From the sequence record SRR22947725_1805: a stretch of DNA of 64,000 nucleotides; one strand, given 5' to 3'. Within the stretch, counting starts at the first letter, position 1. Each line of letters starts with the position of its first letter. The notes under the pieces were generated by a model, which ran no database searches, was not told the origin of the DNA, and saw only the letters and a list, made by a program, of their open reading frames with translations. Of this stretch, positions 1-10,425 are shown piece after piece. A program made the translations under genes and the position numbers.

Positions 1-180
1 GCTGCCGTGGAGCATGTATATGACGCGTTCGATCAGATCGGGCAGGATGGTGAAGCGCGGCGAATCCTTGACATCACCGATCCGCATTCCGGTGTGTTTC
101 CACCCGGGAATGCTGGAATCCACAACGGTGTCCCAGACACCTTGGCGAAGGATTCCTCGCGGATAAAACCACTGATTCAT
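1..180 (-). CDS. iolB: 5-deoxy-glucuronate isomerase IolB, N-terminal part (runs off window edge)
   Basis: Own translation from ATG at 180 (ATGA overlap with iolE stop): MNQWFYPRGILRQGVWDTVVDSSIPGWKHTGMRIG..., resembling actinobacterial IolB N-termini; iol cluster context. Confidence 0.75.
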   Translation of the reverse strand, partial: MNQWFYPRGILRQGVWDTVVDSSIPGWKHTGMRIGDVKDSPRFTILPDLIERVIYMLHGS

Positions 181-1067
181 GAGGCTCCTGCTTTCTGCGC
201 CGCTTGGCGCAAGAACTCTACGCTAGCGGCCGCATCCACTTGGGGGCCTTCCTCTGTTGCTGGTTCGATGCTCAAGACAAGGTCTTGTTCCAGGACAAAC
301 CATCCGGTGTATCCCTGATTCAACAGGGACCCAATGATCGCTGTGACATCAACGTCACCCTGGCCAAGGGGGGTGTAAAGCCCTTCCTTGACAGCGTCGT
401 AGTAGGAGAGGGCACCATCACGAACTCTTTGAGCAATGGCAAGCACCACGTCTTTGAAGTGAACGTGTCCCACCCGGTCACCGTGATCCTTTGCAAAAGC
501 GACTGGGTCAGTTCCGCCAATCCACATGTGACCGGTGTCGAGGCAGAAGGGAATGGCGGTGCGGGTGAGCACCTCTTGGACGTCAGCCCAGGTTTCCACC
601 ATCGTGCCAGCGTGCGGGTGGATGACGGCCATCACGCCTCGCTCCTGGGCGCGCTGGGAAATACGGCCCAAATTATTGGCCATTGCCTGCCAGTTCTCTT
701 CCCGCATCTCTGGCCTCGTGGCGTCATAGCCATCGAGCCCGGTGTTCGCGGCTAATACAAGGACTTCGGCGCCGGCCGCGACGTAGGCGTCGAGCTCGGT
801 ATCTACCTCGGGGAGCGGGTCAAAACCCGGGTCGTGAAGCACGACGGGAACGAAACCGCCGACTGCTTTCATGCCGTGCTTCTCGAGCGTTGCTCGCCTG
901 CCCTCCGCGTCTTCGGGCAAAAAGCCAAGGGGACCAAACTCTGTTGCTTCGACACCCAGAGATGCCATTTCGGTCAGGACCCGATCAGCGTCCATTTGGT
1001 GACCCCAACCGGGCACTTCACACACGCCCCAGGAAATGGGTGCTGCTGCGATACGGATATTACTCAT
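177..1067 (-). CDS. iolE: myo-inosose-2 dehydratase IolE/MocC (TIM-barrel sugar isomerase family)
   Basis: AAAPISWGVCEVPGWG, HPHAGT, LDTGH, HVHFKD, WFVLEQD motifs; iol context. Confidence 0.85.
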   Translation of the reverse strand: MSNIRIAAAPISWGVCEVPGWGHQMDADRVLTEMASLGVEATEFGPLGFLPEDAEGRRATLEKHGMKAVGGFVPVVLHDPGFDPLPEVDTELDAYVAAGAEVLVLAANTGLDGYDATRPEMREENWQAMANNLGRISQRAQERGVMAVIHPHAGTMVETWADVQEVLTRTAIPFCLDTGHMWIGGTDPVAFAKDHGDRVGHVHFKDVVLAIAQRVRDGALSYYDAVKEGLYTPLGQGDVDVTAIIGSLLNQGYTGWFVLEQDLVLSIEPATEEGPQVDAAASVEFLRQAAQKAGAS

Positions 1068-2016
1068 GACTATCTCCATTCGAAGGGTTGGGCGGTGGGG
1101 CGATATGGGCTGGTGTGCGGCCAGCGAGAACCTCGAGGATTCCCTGCGCTGCCTGCCGGAACGTTTCTGCGGTGCTGGCGGTAGTGAGACCCATCACGTG
1201 GGGAGTGAGAACCACGTTGGGGTGATCGAAAATCGCATGGAGTTGCGGGGGTTCCTGATCAAACACATCCAGCCCCACCCCACCCAGCACACCAGTGATC
1301 AACCCCCAGAGAGCGGCATCCAGGTCAAGCACTTCGCCGCGCGCCACGTTCACGATGATCGTGCCGGGTGCGAGAGATTCGATGACGCCTCGATTGAGCA
1401 GACCGTGAGTTTCTGGTGTGGCTGGCAGATGACAGCTGATGTGGGTGGCGCCACGAAGGGCTTCTTCCACGGTGGCGGCAAGCGGGACATCCGCGTCCGT
1501 CACGTAGGGGTCATACGCTACGACGTTCATGCCAAAGGCCTGGGCGAGCTGGGCTACCTTCCGGCCAATGCGGCCATACCCCAAAATGGCCAGAGTTCCG
1601 CCTTCAAGATCTCCTACCTTCACTCCCTCCCGCTCGGTCCACCGGTTATCTCTCACCAGTGTCGTGAGCTCCGGGAGGGCTTTGGTTAGCGCGAGGAGGT
1701 GCGCAAGCGTCCCCTCGGCCACAGCATTCGTGTTCGAGCCTGGGGTGATGATGACTGGGATTCCGCGGTCATGCGCTTGCTGCACATCCACTTTTTCCAC
1801 GCCCACACCGGTGCGAGCGAGGGCCCGAAGCTGGGGCATCGAATTCAGGAGAGTGGTATCCACCCTGACGTGGGCGCGAACGATTGCCCCCACTGCCACA
1901 GCAAGATCAGCTGGTCCAGGGTTGGCAACGAAACGCGCGTGGCCGCTCACAACGGAATCCACAATGCTTGCCTCAACCGGGCCTAAGCCCACGACAACGG
2001 GAAGTTCGGTCACCAC
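1060..2016 (-). CDS. D-isomer-specific 2-hydroxyacid dehydrogenase (SerA-like, no ACT domain)
   Basis: GYGRIG Rossmann motif, NVARG, LDVF..EP, TPH motifs; GTG start inferred. Confidence 0.85.
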   Translation of the reverse strand: MVTELPVVVGLGPVEASIVDSVVSGHARFVANPGPADLAVAVGAIVRAHVRVDTTLLNSMPQLRALARTGVGVEKVDVQQAHDRGIPVIITPGSNTNAVAEGTLAHLLALTKALPELTTLVRDNRWTEREGVKVGDLEGGTLAILGYGRIGRKVAQLAQAFGMNVVAYDPYVTDADVPLAATVEEALRGATHISCHLPATPETHGLLNRGVIESLAPGTIIVNVARGEVLDLDAALWGLITGVLGGVGLDVFDQEPPQLHAIFDHPNVVLTPHVMGLTTASTAETFRQAAQGILEVLAGRTPAHIAPPPNPSNGDSHE

Positions 2017-2023
2017 GTTTGTT

Positions 2024-2803
2024 TTAGCTCCGACCTTTTCCGAGGCCGGCAACCTGGGCCACCTGGTCTGACAGCGCTCGACGCAGGGCGAGGGCATCGG
2101 ATCCGAGCGCAAGGAAGTCAAGACCGTAGGCCTGCATTGATGCGATGCGTGCTGGATCAGAAATGAGGGAACCGGCGGGAATCCCTGCTTTTTGAGCTCC
2201 CTGCACGAAGCGCTTCATCGCAGCAACGAAGTCTTGGTGGTCGAAGTCTTCGGGCGTACCCAAGGCAAAGGAGAGGTCAAGGGGCCCGAGGAAAAGAGCA
2301 TCTACCCCGGGCAAAGAAGCAATATCTTCTACTGATTCGAGTGCACCGAGGGTTTCAATCTGAACCATGCACACGCCACGGGAGGTGTCCCTCACAGAAT
2401 GTGCACCCCATCCGGCACTGCGGGTATAGGAAGCAACCCCTCGTTGACCCAATGGTGGGTAGTCACACCAGGAGCTCGCTTCCCTGGCGTGGTCAAGGGA
2501 TTCGATGCGAGGCAACATCACACCGGCTGCCCCCTGGTCGAGCACCCATCCCACAACTGCCCGCTCGGGTTGGGGGACGCGAACAATCAACCCGATCTGG
2601 GCGGCGTTTGCAGCCTGCACGCTCGAGCCCACATCATCGAGAGTTCCACCACCGTGTTCCAAGTCGAGCACGACCCACTCACATCCGGCCAGTGCTGCCA
2701 CTTCGATGGCCGCGCTGGACCCAAGCCCCAGAAACGTGCCGGGGCTCAACGAGGGGGAGCTCAGTGCGGTGCGAAGCCGTTCCACTGCGGGTGCGTTATT
2801 CAT
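2024..2803 (-). CDS. HpcH/HpaI family class II pyruvate aldolase
   Basis: DLEHG, VRVP, GVMLP, QIET, FLGPLDLS motifs; ATGA overlap with iolD stop. Confidence 0.85.
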   Translation of the reverse strand: MNNAPAVERLRTALSSPSLSPGTFLGLGSSAAIEVAALAGCEWVVLDLEHGGGTLDDVGSSVQAANAAQIGLIVRVPQPERAVVGWVLDQGAAGVMLPRIESLDHAREASSWCDYPPLGQRGVASYTRSAGWGAHSVRDTSRGVCMVQIETLGALESVEDIASLPGVDALFLGPLDLSFALGTPEDFDHQDFVAAMKRFVQGAQKAGIPAGSLISDPARIASMQAYGLDFLALGSDALALRRALSDQVAQVAGLGKGRS

Positions 2804-4749
2804 CCGTGCCACTTCTGTCTAGCCAGTCCGGCTTCGTATTCCTTGCGCTTATCCGCCACCCAAGGCTGGTCGGATATTTCTGCCGGAGCAACATCCCACC
2901 AGACTTCAGAGCCTGGCAGGTTGGCGTGGGGAATGGTGGGAACAACAATAACGACGGGGCCATCGTGGTCTCTCGCATCCGAGAGAGCTTGGCGGACTTC
3001 GCTGGGGGTGACCGGTCGCAGTGCTTTCGCGCCCATACCTTCGGCCATCTTGACGATGTCGATGTCGATATATCCGCCATCGAGGCGCCCGGCGCCTTTT
3101 TCGGTGACCATGGAGTCACCTTCGCGATAGCGGAATTCGTTTCCAAAGTGTGAACCAGTTCGCCACATCTGCAAGCGTCTAATCACCTGGTAGCCGTGGT
3201 TTTCTGCCACCACAATGGTGAGGGGTAGGTGTTCTTGGCAGGCGGTCACAAGTTCGGTGGGTGCCATCACAAAGGTGCCATCTCCGATGAAACTCAGAAC
3301 CCTCTTCTTCGTATCCGGTGTCGCCCAGCGAACACCGATTGCTGCGGGAATTTCATATCCCATGCAGGAAAAGCCAAATTCCAAGTGACAGTGTCGACCA
3401 TTCGTGGCATCCCACACTTTCTGGAGATCACCGGGAGGACCGCCCGCTGCGGCGATGATGATGTCGCCCTCCAACGAGGTCTCCTGCATGATTCCGATGA
3501 GCTGGCCTTGGGTCAAGATGGCATCCGTAGTTTCGGAATCAGGCAACGTGGCCTGGTCGAAGGCGATGTCGGGATCCAGTGCCGCCTCTCTTACCGCGGC
3601 CCATTCCGCCATCGCGGTGGTGACCTCGGTCATCCAGGATGTTGGCACGCGATAGGACCCCAGAGCACTCCCGAGTGCAGCAAGGCCCTTCTTGGCATCG
3701 GCGACGATGGTGGTAGCGCCCTGCTTGACGCCATCGCTTTCTGTGACATTGAGGGACACAAAAGTGACGTCGGGGTTATCAAACATGGACTGTGACCCGG
3801 TGGCAAAGTCACTGAGCCTTGTTCCCACATGAAGGATCAGGTCTGCCTCGGCAACGAGGGCTGCGGTGTGAGGGGTTCCTTCCAGTCCGATTCCTTGCAG
3901 GTGCCAGGGCTCGGGGTGTTGGATGGCCCCCTTGCCACCGAAGGTTTCGGCGACCGGGATTCCGGTGTCGTGGCTAAATTTCTCGAGCTCAGGCGTTGCG
4001 CCTGAGTAATGAATTCCACCGCCAGCAATCAGAATGGGCTTTTTTGCCTGGGAAATAAGCGTAGCGACCGCCGCGATTTCGTCGACATCTGGTGTGGGGC
4101 GACGAATGATCCAGTCGCGTTCTTCAAAAAACTCCACGGGGTAATCAAAGGCGTGGGACTGGACGTCTTGAGGAAGTGACACCACGACGGCTCCGGTTTC
4201 GGTGGGATTAGCCAACACCCGAAAAGCGGCCGGCAGTGACACCAAGAGTTGTTCCGGTCGAGTGATGCGGTCGAAGAAACGCGCGATGGGTCTAAAGGCA
4301 TCGTTGACCGTGACCTCGGGTTCCCCGGGTCGCTCCAACTGCTGCAAGACCGGGCCTTGACGCCTGGTGGCATAGGTGTCACCGGGGAGAAGCAAGACGG
4401 GCAAGCGATTAATTGTTGCCAGCGCTGCTGGGGTCACTAAGTTCATGGCTCCGGGACCAACCGATGCGGTCACGGCGAGGGTTTGGTGTCGACGCCGGGC
4501 CTTGGCGAAAGCAATCGCTGCGTGAGCTAAGCCCTGCTCGTTGCGGCCCTGAACGAAAGGTAAGTCATCGCTGTACTGATCGAAGGCTTGCCCCAAACCG
4601 GCGACGTTGCCGTGGCCAAATATGCCGAGCGCTGCGGGGATAAATCTCTGCCTCTTTCCATCGGCCACGGAGTATTGAACCGAAACAAAACGCACGAGTG
4701 CTTGGGCAACGGTCAGCCGGATGGTTTTTCCTGAGGGTCCTTTAGTCAT
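2800..4749 (-). CDS. iolD: THcHDO hydrolase IolD (ThDP-dependent)
   Basis: RLTVAQAL, GIFGHGNVAGLG, RNEQG, HLEFGFSCMGYEI, GDG..M ThDP motif. Confidence 0.95.
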   Translation of the reverse strand: MTKGPSGKTIRLTVAQALVRFVSVQYSVADGKRQRFIPAALGIFGHGNVAGLGQAFDQYSDDLPFVQGRNEQGLAHAAIAFAKARRRHQTLAVTASVGPGAMNLVTPAALATINRLPVLLLPGDTYATRRQGPVLQQLERPGEPEVTVNDAFRPIARFFDRITRPEQLLVSLPAAFRVLANPTETGAVVVSLPQDVQSHAFDYPVEFFEERDWIIRRPTPDVDEIAAVATLISQAKKPILIAGGGIHYSGATPELEKFSHDTGIPVAETFGGKGAIQHPEPWHLQGIGLEGTPHTAALVAEADLILHVGTRLSDFATGSQSMFDNPDVTFVSLNVTESDGVKQGATTIVADAKKGLAALGSALGSYRVPTSWMTEVTTAMAEWAAVREAALDPDIAFDQATLPDSETTDAILTQGQLIGIMQETSLEGDIIIAAAGGPPGDLQKVWDATNGRHCHLEFGFSCMGYEIPAAIGVRWATPDTKKRVLSFIGDGTFVMAPTELVTACQEHLPLTIVVAENHGYQVIRRLQMWRTGSHFGNEFRYREGDSMVTEKGAGRLDGGYIDIDIVKMAEGMGAKALRPVTPSEVRQALSDARDHDGPVVIVVPTIPHANLPGSEVWWDVAPAEISDQPWVADKRKEYEAGLARQKWHG

Positions 4750-4775
4750 GTCACTCTCCTAGTTGGGATGGGGGT

Positions 4776-6212
4776 CTAGACGCGGGAGTGAAGGATGACG
4801 GTTTTCCAGTCCGTCATTTCGTTCACCGTTGTTCTGACTCCTTCTTTGCCAATGCCACTGGATTTCATGCCACCGTAGGGCATGAGGTCCGCCCGCCACA
4901 GGGGCGTCCAGTTGATATGGACAATTCCCGAGTCAATCTCGCGCATAGCTCTAATCGATTCGTCCTGGTCGTGGGTGAAAACTCCTGATCCCAAGCCATA
5001 CTGCGTGGAATTGGCGAGTGCTAGAGCGTGATCAAAGTTTTCTGCGGTGGTGATGGAGACGGCAGGGCCAAACAGCTCTTCTTGGGCAAAGGAATGGTCC
5101 CCTGGCACATTGCGGACGATAGCGGGGGTGAGGATAGTTCCTTCGCGCTCGCCACCGGTGATGAGGGTGGCACCATCGGCAACAGCCCTCTGGATAGCTT
5201 TTTCCACGCGGATTGCTTCTGCTTCGCTGATCAACCCTCCCACCATCGTGTCATCCAAGGAAGGGTCCCCCACGGTGATGGCTTGCACCCGGGGAGTGAG
5301 CGCAGCGAGGAAATCTGCCTCGATGGCCTGGTCCACAATGATGCGTTGGGCAGCGATACAGACTTGGCCGGCATTAACATAGCCGCCCAGCGTGATCGAG
5401 TGGGCTGCTTGTTCGATATCCGCCGACTTCGTGACAATCACGGGGGAGGATGCGCCAAGCTCCAGTGAGAGCTTCTTGATTCCTGCGATTCGAGTGATGT
5501 GCTCACCGACCGCGGTGGATCCAGTGAAAGAGACTTTGTTCACTCTCTTGTCAGAAATCAGCTGTTCACCCAGGCGTGCGCCTGGGCCATTAAGCAGCCC
5601 CAGTACTCCTGCCGGCAACCCCGCATCAAGGAAGCACTGAACCAGAGCGATCGCTGTGAGGGGGGCCGTGAGTGCTGGCTTGAGGATGACAGCATTTCCC
5701 GCGGCCAAGGCGGGGCCCACTTTATGAAGCACGAGGAGGGAGGGGTAGTTGAAAGGGGTAATCGCTACGACCACACCAACGGGTTGAGGAATGGTGAACC
5801 CAATTTTGTCGAATCCCGTTCCTGCATTGGCGTCGAGTGGGAGGGAGTCGCCATAACGGTGGGCGCCTTCGAAAGCAGAGAGCCGGATGATTTCGCCCGC
5901 TCGCGAGGCTTCTCCCCGGGCTTCGCGAATACTTTTGCCCATTTCGTTGCTGATAATCCGAGCTAGTTCTTCACCGCGGGTGTCGGCGATCCTGGCGGCT
6001 TCGAGCAAAATCATGGTGCGCTGGTGAGCAGGCGTCGCACGCCATGTCTTGGCTCCGGTAACGCCAGCCTCTAGCGCCGAATCAACGTCGCTCGCGCTGG
6101 CGATTACGATTTCACCCAGAGCTGCTCCAGAGAAGGGCGAGGCGACACTGTGAACGGTTGCCGATGCGGGGTGTTCCCACGCATTATTGATGAGTAGTCC
6201 TGGGGTGGCCAC
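4776..6212 (-). CDS. NAD(P)-dependent aldehyde dehydrogenase
   Basis: ITPFNYP, FTGST, LELG, GQVC, EELFGP motifs; AGGAGG SD before GTG at 6212. Confidence 0.9.
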   Translation of the reverse strand: MATPGLLINNAWEHPASATVHSVASPFSGAALGEIVIASASDVDSALEAGVTGAKTWRATPAHQRTMILLEAARIADTRGEELARIISNEMGKSIREARGEASRAGEIIRLSAFEGAHRYGDSLPLDANAGTGFDKIGFTIPQPVGVVVAITPFNYPSLLVLHKVGPALAAGNAVILKPALTAPLTAIALVQCFLDAGLPAGVLGLLNGPGARLGEQLISDKRVNKVSFTGSTAVGEHITRIAGIKKLSLELGASSPVIVTKSADIEQAAHSITLGGYVNAGQVCIAAQRIIVDQAIEADFLAALTPRVQAITVGDPSLDDTMVGGLISEAEAIRVEKAIQRAVADGATLITGGEREGTILTPAIVRNVPGDHSFAQEELFGPAVSITTAENFDHALALANSTQYGLGSGVFTHDQDESIRAMREIDSGIVHINWTPLWRADLMPYGGMKSSGIGKEGVRTTVNEMTDWKTVILHSRV

Positions 6213-6239
6213 GGTGCCTCCTGTATCAAGCAAACAAGG

Positions 6240-6253
6240 TTTGTTAGGACAAA
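6240..6253. promoter_or_regulatory. IolR-type operator (palindrome TTTGT-N4-ACAAA)
   Basis: TTTGTTAGGACAAA; reverse strand TGTCCTAACA fits the C. glutamicum IolR consensus KGWCHTRACA; recurs 4 times in the cluster. Confidence 0.75.
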
Positions 6254-6428
6254 GTGTAGGGATAAATCCCCGGGTTGTCATCCACCATGGGTGACAAAAA
6301 TAAACCTTTGGAAACACATCCAGCGGGAAAAATAGCCAAAAAAAGCCCGGAATGGCGGGCGAATGCGGACTTGGGGAGCCTTCGGTGAAGGTCACTATTG
6401 GATAACATCTCGCGCGTTCGGTACTTGG

Positions 6429-6442
6429 TATGTCAGTACAAA
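6429..6442. promoter_or_regulatory. IolR-type operator upstream of ABC transporter
   Basis: TATGTCAGTACAAA, imperfect copy of the same palindrome. Confidence 0.65.
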
Positions 6443-6505
6443 GTTGATAATGTTTACTGGTGCGTCTATTCGGATGCACTCTTTAGAAAACTAAGTAACT
6501 CAAGG

Positions 6506-7522
6506 ATGAGAGGCCGTATTTTGGATATCAAAAAACTCGCCGTTCTCACCGGTGTTGTTGCTCTCACTCTCGCTGGTTGTGCAGCGGGAACTGAAAGCGA
6601 TGCTGGTGAAACTGCATCAACCGAAACCGCCGCAGTTGAGGCTGTTGCCGTAAGCGACATCAAGATCTGTGTTTACACTCACGGTGACGGTGGAACCTTC
6701 TGGTCCGTCGCACAGGCTGGCGCAGAACAAGCTGGAGAAGACCTCGGAATCACCATTGATTACCAGGGCTCGACCAACGACTCTGCTCGTCAGGCAGCAA
6801 CCATCGAGGGCGCTGTCTCCGCTGGTTGTACTGGTGTAGCCGCTTCTGCTCCGGACCCCGGTGCAATCGAGCAGGCCATGCTGGGACTTGCTGACGCAGG
6901 TATCGCTACCGTGACCATGAACTCCGGTTCTGACGTCTTCAAGAGCCTCGGTGCGTTCACGCACGTTGGCCAGGACGAAATCGTCGCCGGTCGCGAAGCT
7001 GGATACAAGTTCAACGACCTCGGTGCAACCAACATCCTCTGCCCCATTCAGGAAGCAGCGAACGTTGGACTGACCGACCGTTGTGCCGGTGCACGCGAAA
7101 CCTCAACGGGTACCGTGACCGACTTCAACCTTGATGGTGGACTGCAGGACCTCACGGCCGCATCCGCAAAGATCAAGGCGGCTCTCGAAGCCGACCCCAC
7201 GATTGACGCAGTCTTCGCATTGAACGCAGACATCGCAGCCAAGGCTGTTTTGCCCGCCGTTCAGGACCTGGGCCGCGACATCTTCATCGGAACCGTTGAC
7301 ATGTCCGAGGACGCACTCAACGCCATCTCCGCCGGAGACATCGTATTCGCCATCGACCAGCAGCAGTACGCACAGGGCTACCTCTCGGTCGTCTTGTTGT
7401 ACTTGAACGCTACCAACGCACACTCGCTTGGTGGTGGACTGCCGATGTACACCGGTCCTGGATTCGTTGACGCAAGCAACGTTGAGCAGGTCATTGGATT
7501 GGTCGCAGCGGGTACCCGCTAA
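6506..7522 (+). CDS. Sugar (inositol) ABC transporter substrate-binding lipoprotein
   Basis: Lipobox LAGC, periplasmic-binding-protein motifs (FWS, HVGQDE, AIDQQQY); start ATG 6506 or TTG 6521. Confidence 0.9.
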   Translation: MRGRILDIKKLAVLTGVVALTLAGCAAGTESDAGETASTETAAVEAVAVSDIKICVYTHGDGGTFWSVAQAGAEQAGEDLGITIDYQGSTNDSARQAATIEGAVSAGCTGVAASAPDPGAIEQAMLGLADAGIATVTMNSGSDVFKSLGAFTHVGQDEIVAGREAGYKFNDLGATNILCPIQEAANVGLTDRCAGARETSTGTVTDFNLDGGLQDLTAASAKIKAALEADPTIDAVFALNADIAAKAVLPAVQDLGRDIFIGTVDMSEDALNAISAGDIVFAIDQQQYAQGYLSVVLLYLNATNAHSLGGGLPMYTGPGFVDASNVEQVIGLVAAGTR

Positions 7523-7541
7523 GTAACACCAATTCATGCGC

Positions 7542-7581
7542 TGAGGGGGTTGACTAAGGTAATTCTTAGCCAATCCCCTCA
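7542..7581 (+). other. Intercistronic hairpin after the substrate-binding protein gene (mRNA stability or partial terminator)
   Basis: TGAGGGGGTTGACTAAG...CTTAGCCAATCCCCTCA inverted repeat with no U-tract. Confidence 0.55.
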
Positions 7582-7622
7582 CGTGCTCACTACCTTCTGC
7601 ACGACCGAGAGAAACAGAGACA

Positions 7623-8663
7623 ATGACGACTCAAATAAAAGACGAGCGGGTGTCGCAAACCTCGTTCGCTACCAAAATGCTGCAGCGCCCCGAATTGGGC
7701 GCGCTGATTGGCGCTGGTGTGATCTTCTTCCTTTTCTGGAGCGTTGACACCACAGGAAACTTTGCCGCCATCGGCGGCACCGCTGGGTGGACGGATATCG
7801 CCGCCCCTATCGGAATCATCGCGGTGTTTGTCGCCTTGCTTATGATCGGCGGCGAGTTTGATCTCTCCACCGGTGTCATGGTCGGCACCTCCGGGCTGAT
7901 GGCCGGGTTGCTCACCACGGAGTACAACCTCAATGTCTGGGTTGCCATTGCTATTGTCTTTGCCTTTGCGCTTCTCGTGGGCTTCATCAACGGAGTGGTT
8001 GTCGTCAGGACCGGACTTCCCTCCTTCATCGTGACGCTGGCCACCTTCTTCGTTTTGCGCGGCGCGAACCTCGCTGTGACCAAAGAACTCACCGGAACAG
8101 TCCGCGTCGCCAATGTGGAAGACAGCAACGGCTTCGACCAGGCGCACGCGATCTTCGCGTCCAAAATGATGATCGGCACCTCGAACTTCCAGGTGTCCAT
8201 TATTTGGTGGATTCTTGCCACCATCTTTGCCACCTGGTTGCTGACCAGGACGCGCTTTGGAAACTGGATCTTCGCCTCCGGTGGTGACAAGGTTGCCGCC
8301 CGTAACGCCGGAGTCCCGGTCGACCGGACCAAAATCATTTTGTTCATGATGTCCTCGCTGTCCGCGGCGTTTGTGGGAATCATGTTCGTGCTTCGTTTGC
8401 AGGGCATGCAGGCGGGTCAGGGCGTGGGTATGGAGTTCTTCTACATCATCGCCGCGGCCGTGGGAGGCACGCTCCTCATGGGTGGTGCAGGCTCTGCCAT
8501 TGGCGCATCCATTGGAGCAGCCATCATGGGAATCGCAGATATCGGTATCCCCTACGCCCTCTGGGATCAAGACTGGCGCTGGACTTTCATTGGGGTCATT
8601 CTTTTGGCAGCAGTGTTGGTCAACACCTGGATAGGCACAAAAGCGAAAGGAGCAAAACGATGA
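7623..8663 (+). CDS. Sugar ABC transporter permease (RbsC-like)
   Basis: [32 protein letters not shown] motifs; multiple TM segments. Confidence 0.92.
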   Translation: MTTQIKDERVSQTSFATKMLQRPELGALIGAGVIFFLFWSVDTTGNFAAIGGTAGWTDIAAPIGIIAVFVALLMIGGEFDLSTGVMVGTSGLMAGLLTTEYNLNVWVAIAIVFAFALLVGFINGVVVVRTGLPSFIVTLATFFVLRGANLAVTKELTGTVRVANVEDSNGFDQAHAIFASKMMIGTSNFQVSIIWWILATIFATWLLTRTRFGNWIFASGGDKVAARNAGVPVDRTKIILFMMSSLSAAFVGIMFVLRLQGMQAGQGVGMEFFYIIAAAVGGTLLMGGAGSAIGASIGAAIMGIADIGIPYALWDQDWRWTFIGVILLAAVLVNTWIGTKAKGAKR

Positions 8664-9448
8664 CTGATATCGCTTTGGAACTCAAACAGGTCGGCAAAGC
8701 ATTCGGAAGCGTCATTGCGCTCTCTGACGTCTCCGTCCGAGTCCGCAAAGGCGTTGTCACCTGCATTCTCGGAGACAACGGTGCTGGGAAGTCAACTCTG
8801 ATCAAAACTCTCTCTGGTGTGCACAAGCCCTCCAGCGGTGTGTACGAGGTCGATGGCGTTCCGATGACCTTTGGCTCGCCCCGTGACGCCCTCGCCAACG
8901 GAATCGCGACGGTCTATCAGGACCTTGCGACCATCCCGTTGATGTCGGTGTGGCGAAACTTCTTCTTGGGGAATGAAATCACCAAGGGTTGGGGTCCACT
9001 GCGTCGACTCGATGTCAAAAAAATGCAGGAGCTCACCAAGAAGCACCTGATGGAAATGGGCATCGACCTGCGCGACACGGGTCAGCAGATCGGCACACTT
9101 TCCGGTGGAGAACGCCAAGCGGTGGCTATCGCTCGCGCCGTCTACTTTGGCGCAAATGTTTTGATTCTGGATGAGCCCACCTCCGCATTGGGTGTGCGTC
9201 AGTCGGGAATCGTGTTGAAGTATGTGTTGGCTGCGAAAGACCGCGGTGTGTCCGTTGTCTTCATCACCCACAACCCTCACCACGCGTACCTCGTGGGCGA
9301 CTACTTCTATCTGCTCAACCGCGGCCACCTAGCCAACGAATATGAGCGTGAAAAAGTCGAACTCGAAGAGCTCACCAAAGCCATGGCCGGGGGCGCCGAG
9401 TTGGATACCCTCACCAAAGAAATTCAGGCCGTTCGCCTCGGAAAGTAG
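8660..9448 (+). CDS. Sugar ABC transporter ATP-binding protein
   Basis: GDNGAGKS Walker A, LSGGERQ signature, LILDEPT Walker B. Confidence 0.95.
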   Translation: MTDIALELKQVGKAFGSVIALSDVSVRVRKGVVTCILGDNGAGKSTLIKTLSGVHKPSSGVYEVDGVPMTFGSPRDALANGIATVYQDLATIPLMSVWRNFFLGNEITKGWGPLRRLDVKKMQELTKKHLMEMGIDLRDTGQQIGTLSGGERQAVAIARAVYFGANVLILDEPTSALGVRQSGIVLKYVLAAKDRGVSVVFITHNPHHAYLVGDYFYLLNRGHLANEYEREKVELEELTKAMAGGAELDTLTKEIQAVRLGK

Positions 9449-9469
9449 TGGCTTCCCTGTTACTGCCCC

Positions 9470-10423
9470 TTAGTTCAGGGCAGTAACCGGATGAAGCATT
9501 CCGTCTGCTTCTGCAGCGAGGGCGATTAAGCAATCTTTCACGCTCACTTTTCCCACGCCCAGCTCCGACTTGACCCGCGAATTATCCAGTGATGTGTCGA
9601 TGGGAACAGGTTCACTAAAGAGTGCCTCCGCGGGTGGCTTGCCAGAGCGCAACAGGGATGAATCCAAGCCGAAGACGTCGCAGGCTTGTTCGGCGAGTTC
9701 TCTGCGAGTGAGGGCATCATCGGCGACAACGTGGAAGCATCCCGATGCCTCTCGCTCGATAATGCGGTGAATCGTGGCACCAATTTCCGAGGCGAGTGAG
9801 GGTGTTGCCACGGCGTTCACGCCCGGGCCATCAAAGACCAAAAATGTTTCCCCCGCTTGAAGGGCGTTCACCAGGGCGGTGACAAAATATCCAAAACCGA
9901 CATCTTGGGTTCGTGGCATTTCGGCGACCAAGCGGTTGCGGCCCATCACACCGCCGATGCGGCAGATCACGCCAGTTTCAGGTGCCAGATCGCGAATGAC
10001 TTGCTCGCCAAGGGCTTTGAGGAAACCATACGTGTTCACCGGTCTGCCGTAGCTGGACTCGGGAACCTTATGAGAGGTGCCATCCATGACCCAGTCGGTG
10101 GAAATATAGATCGGCTTGGCCCCCACCGCGACCGCAGCCGAAGTCACGGCTTGGGTGAGGCCTGGATAGGCACGATACGCAGCCCCGGCATCGAGGTTCT
10201 GGAAGTCATTAGCGATTGCCGTGTGAACTAGTGCGTCACAGCCGGTGATAGCCGAAGCAACCGCGACAGAATCTGAGGTATCGAGCACTTCGTAGTTCCA
10301 GGGCACCGCCATCTGTGGCGTTGCCCTGGTCAAAACCACGACATCGTGTCCTGCACCCGCCAGGACCTCGGCGATGTTGGAACCGAGGAACCCGGTGCCG
10401 CCGGTCAGAGCGACCTTAGCCAT
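9470..10423 (-). CDS. NAD-dependent epimerase/reductase (extended SDR, RmlD-like)
   Basis: TGGTGFLG, YISTDWV, YGFLK (YxxxK) motifs. Confidence 0.8.
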   Translation of the reverse strand: MAKVALTGGTGFLGSNIAEVLAGAGHDVVVLTRATPQMAVPWNYEVLDTSDSVAVASAITGCDALVHTAIANDFQNLDAGAAYRAYPGLTQAVTSAAVAVGAKPIYISTDWVMDGTSHKVPESSYGRPVNTYGFLKALGEQVIRDLAPETGVICRIGGVMGRNRLVAEMPRTQDVGFGYFVTALVNALQAGETFLVFDGPGVNAVATPSLASEIGATIHRIIEREASGCFHVVADDALTRRELAEQACDVFGLDSSLLRSGKPPAEALFSEPVPIDTSLDNSRVKSELGVGKVSVKDCLIALAAEADGMLHPVTALN

Positions 10424-10425
10424 AA

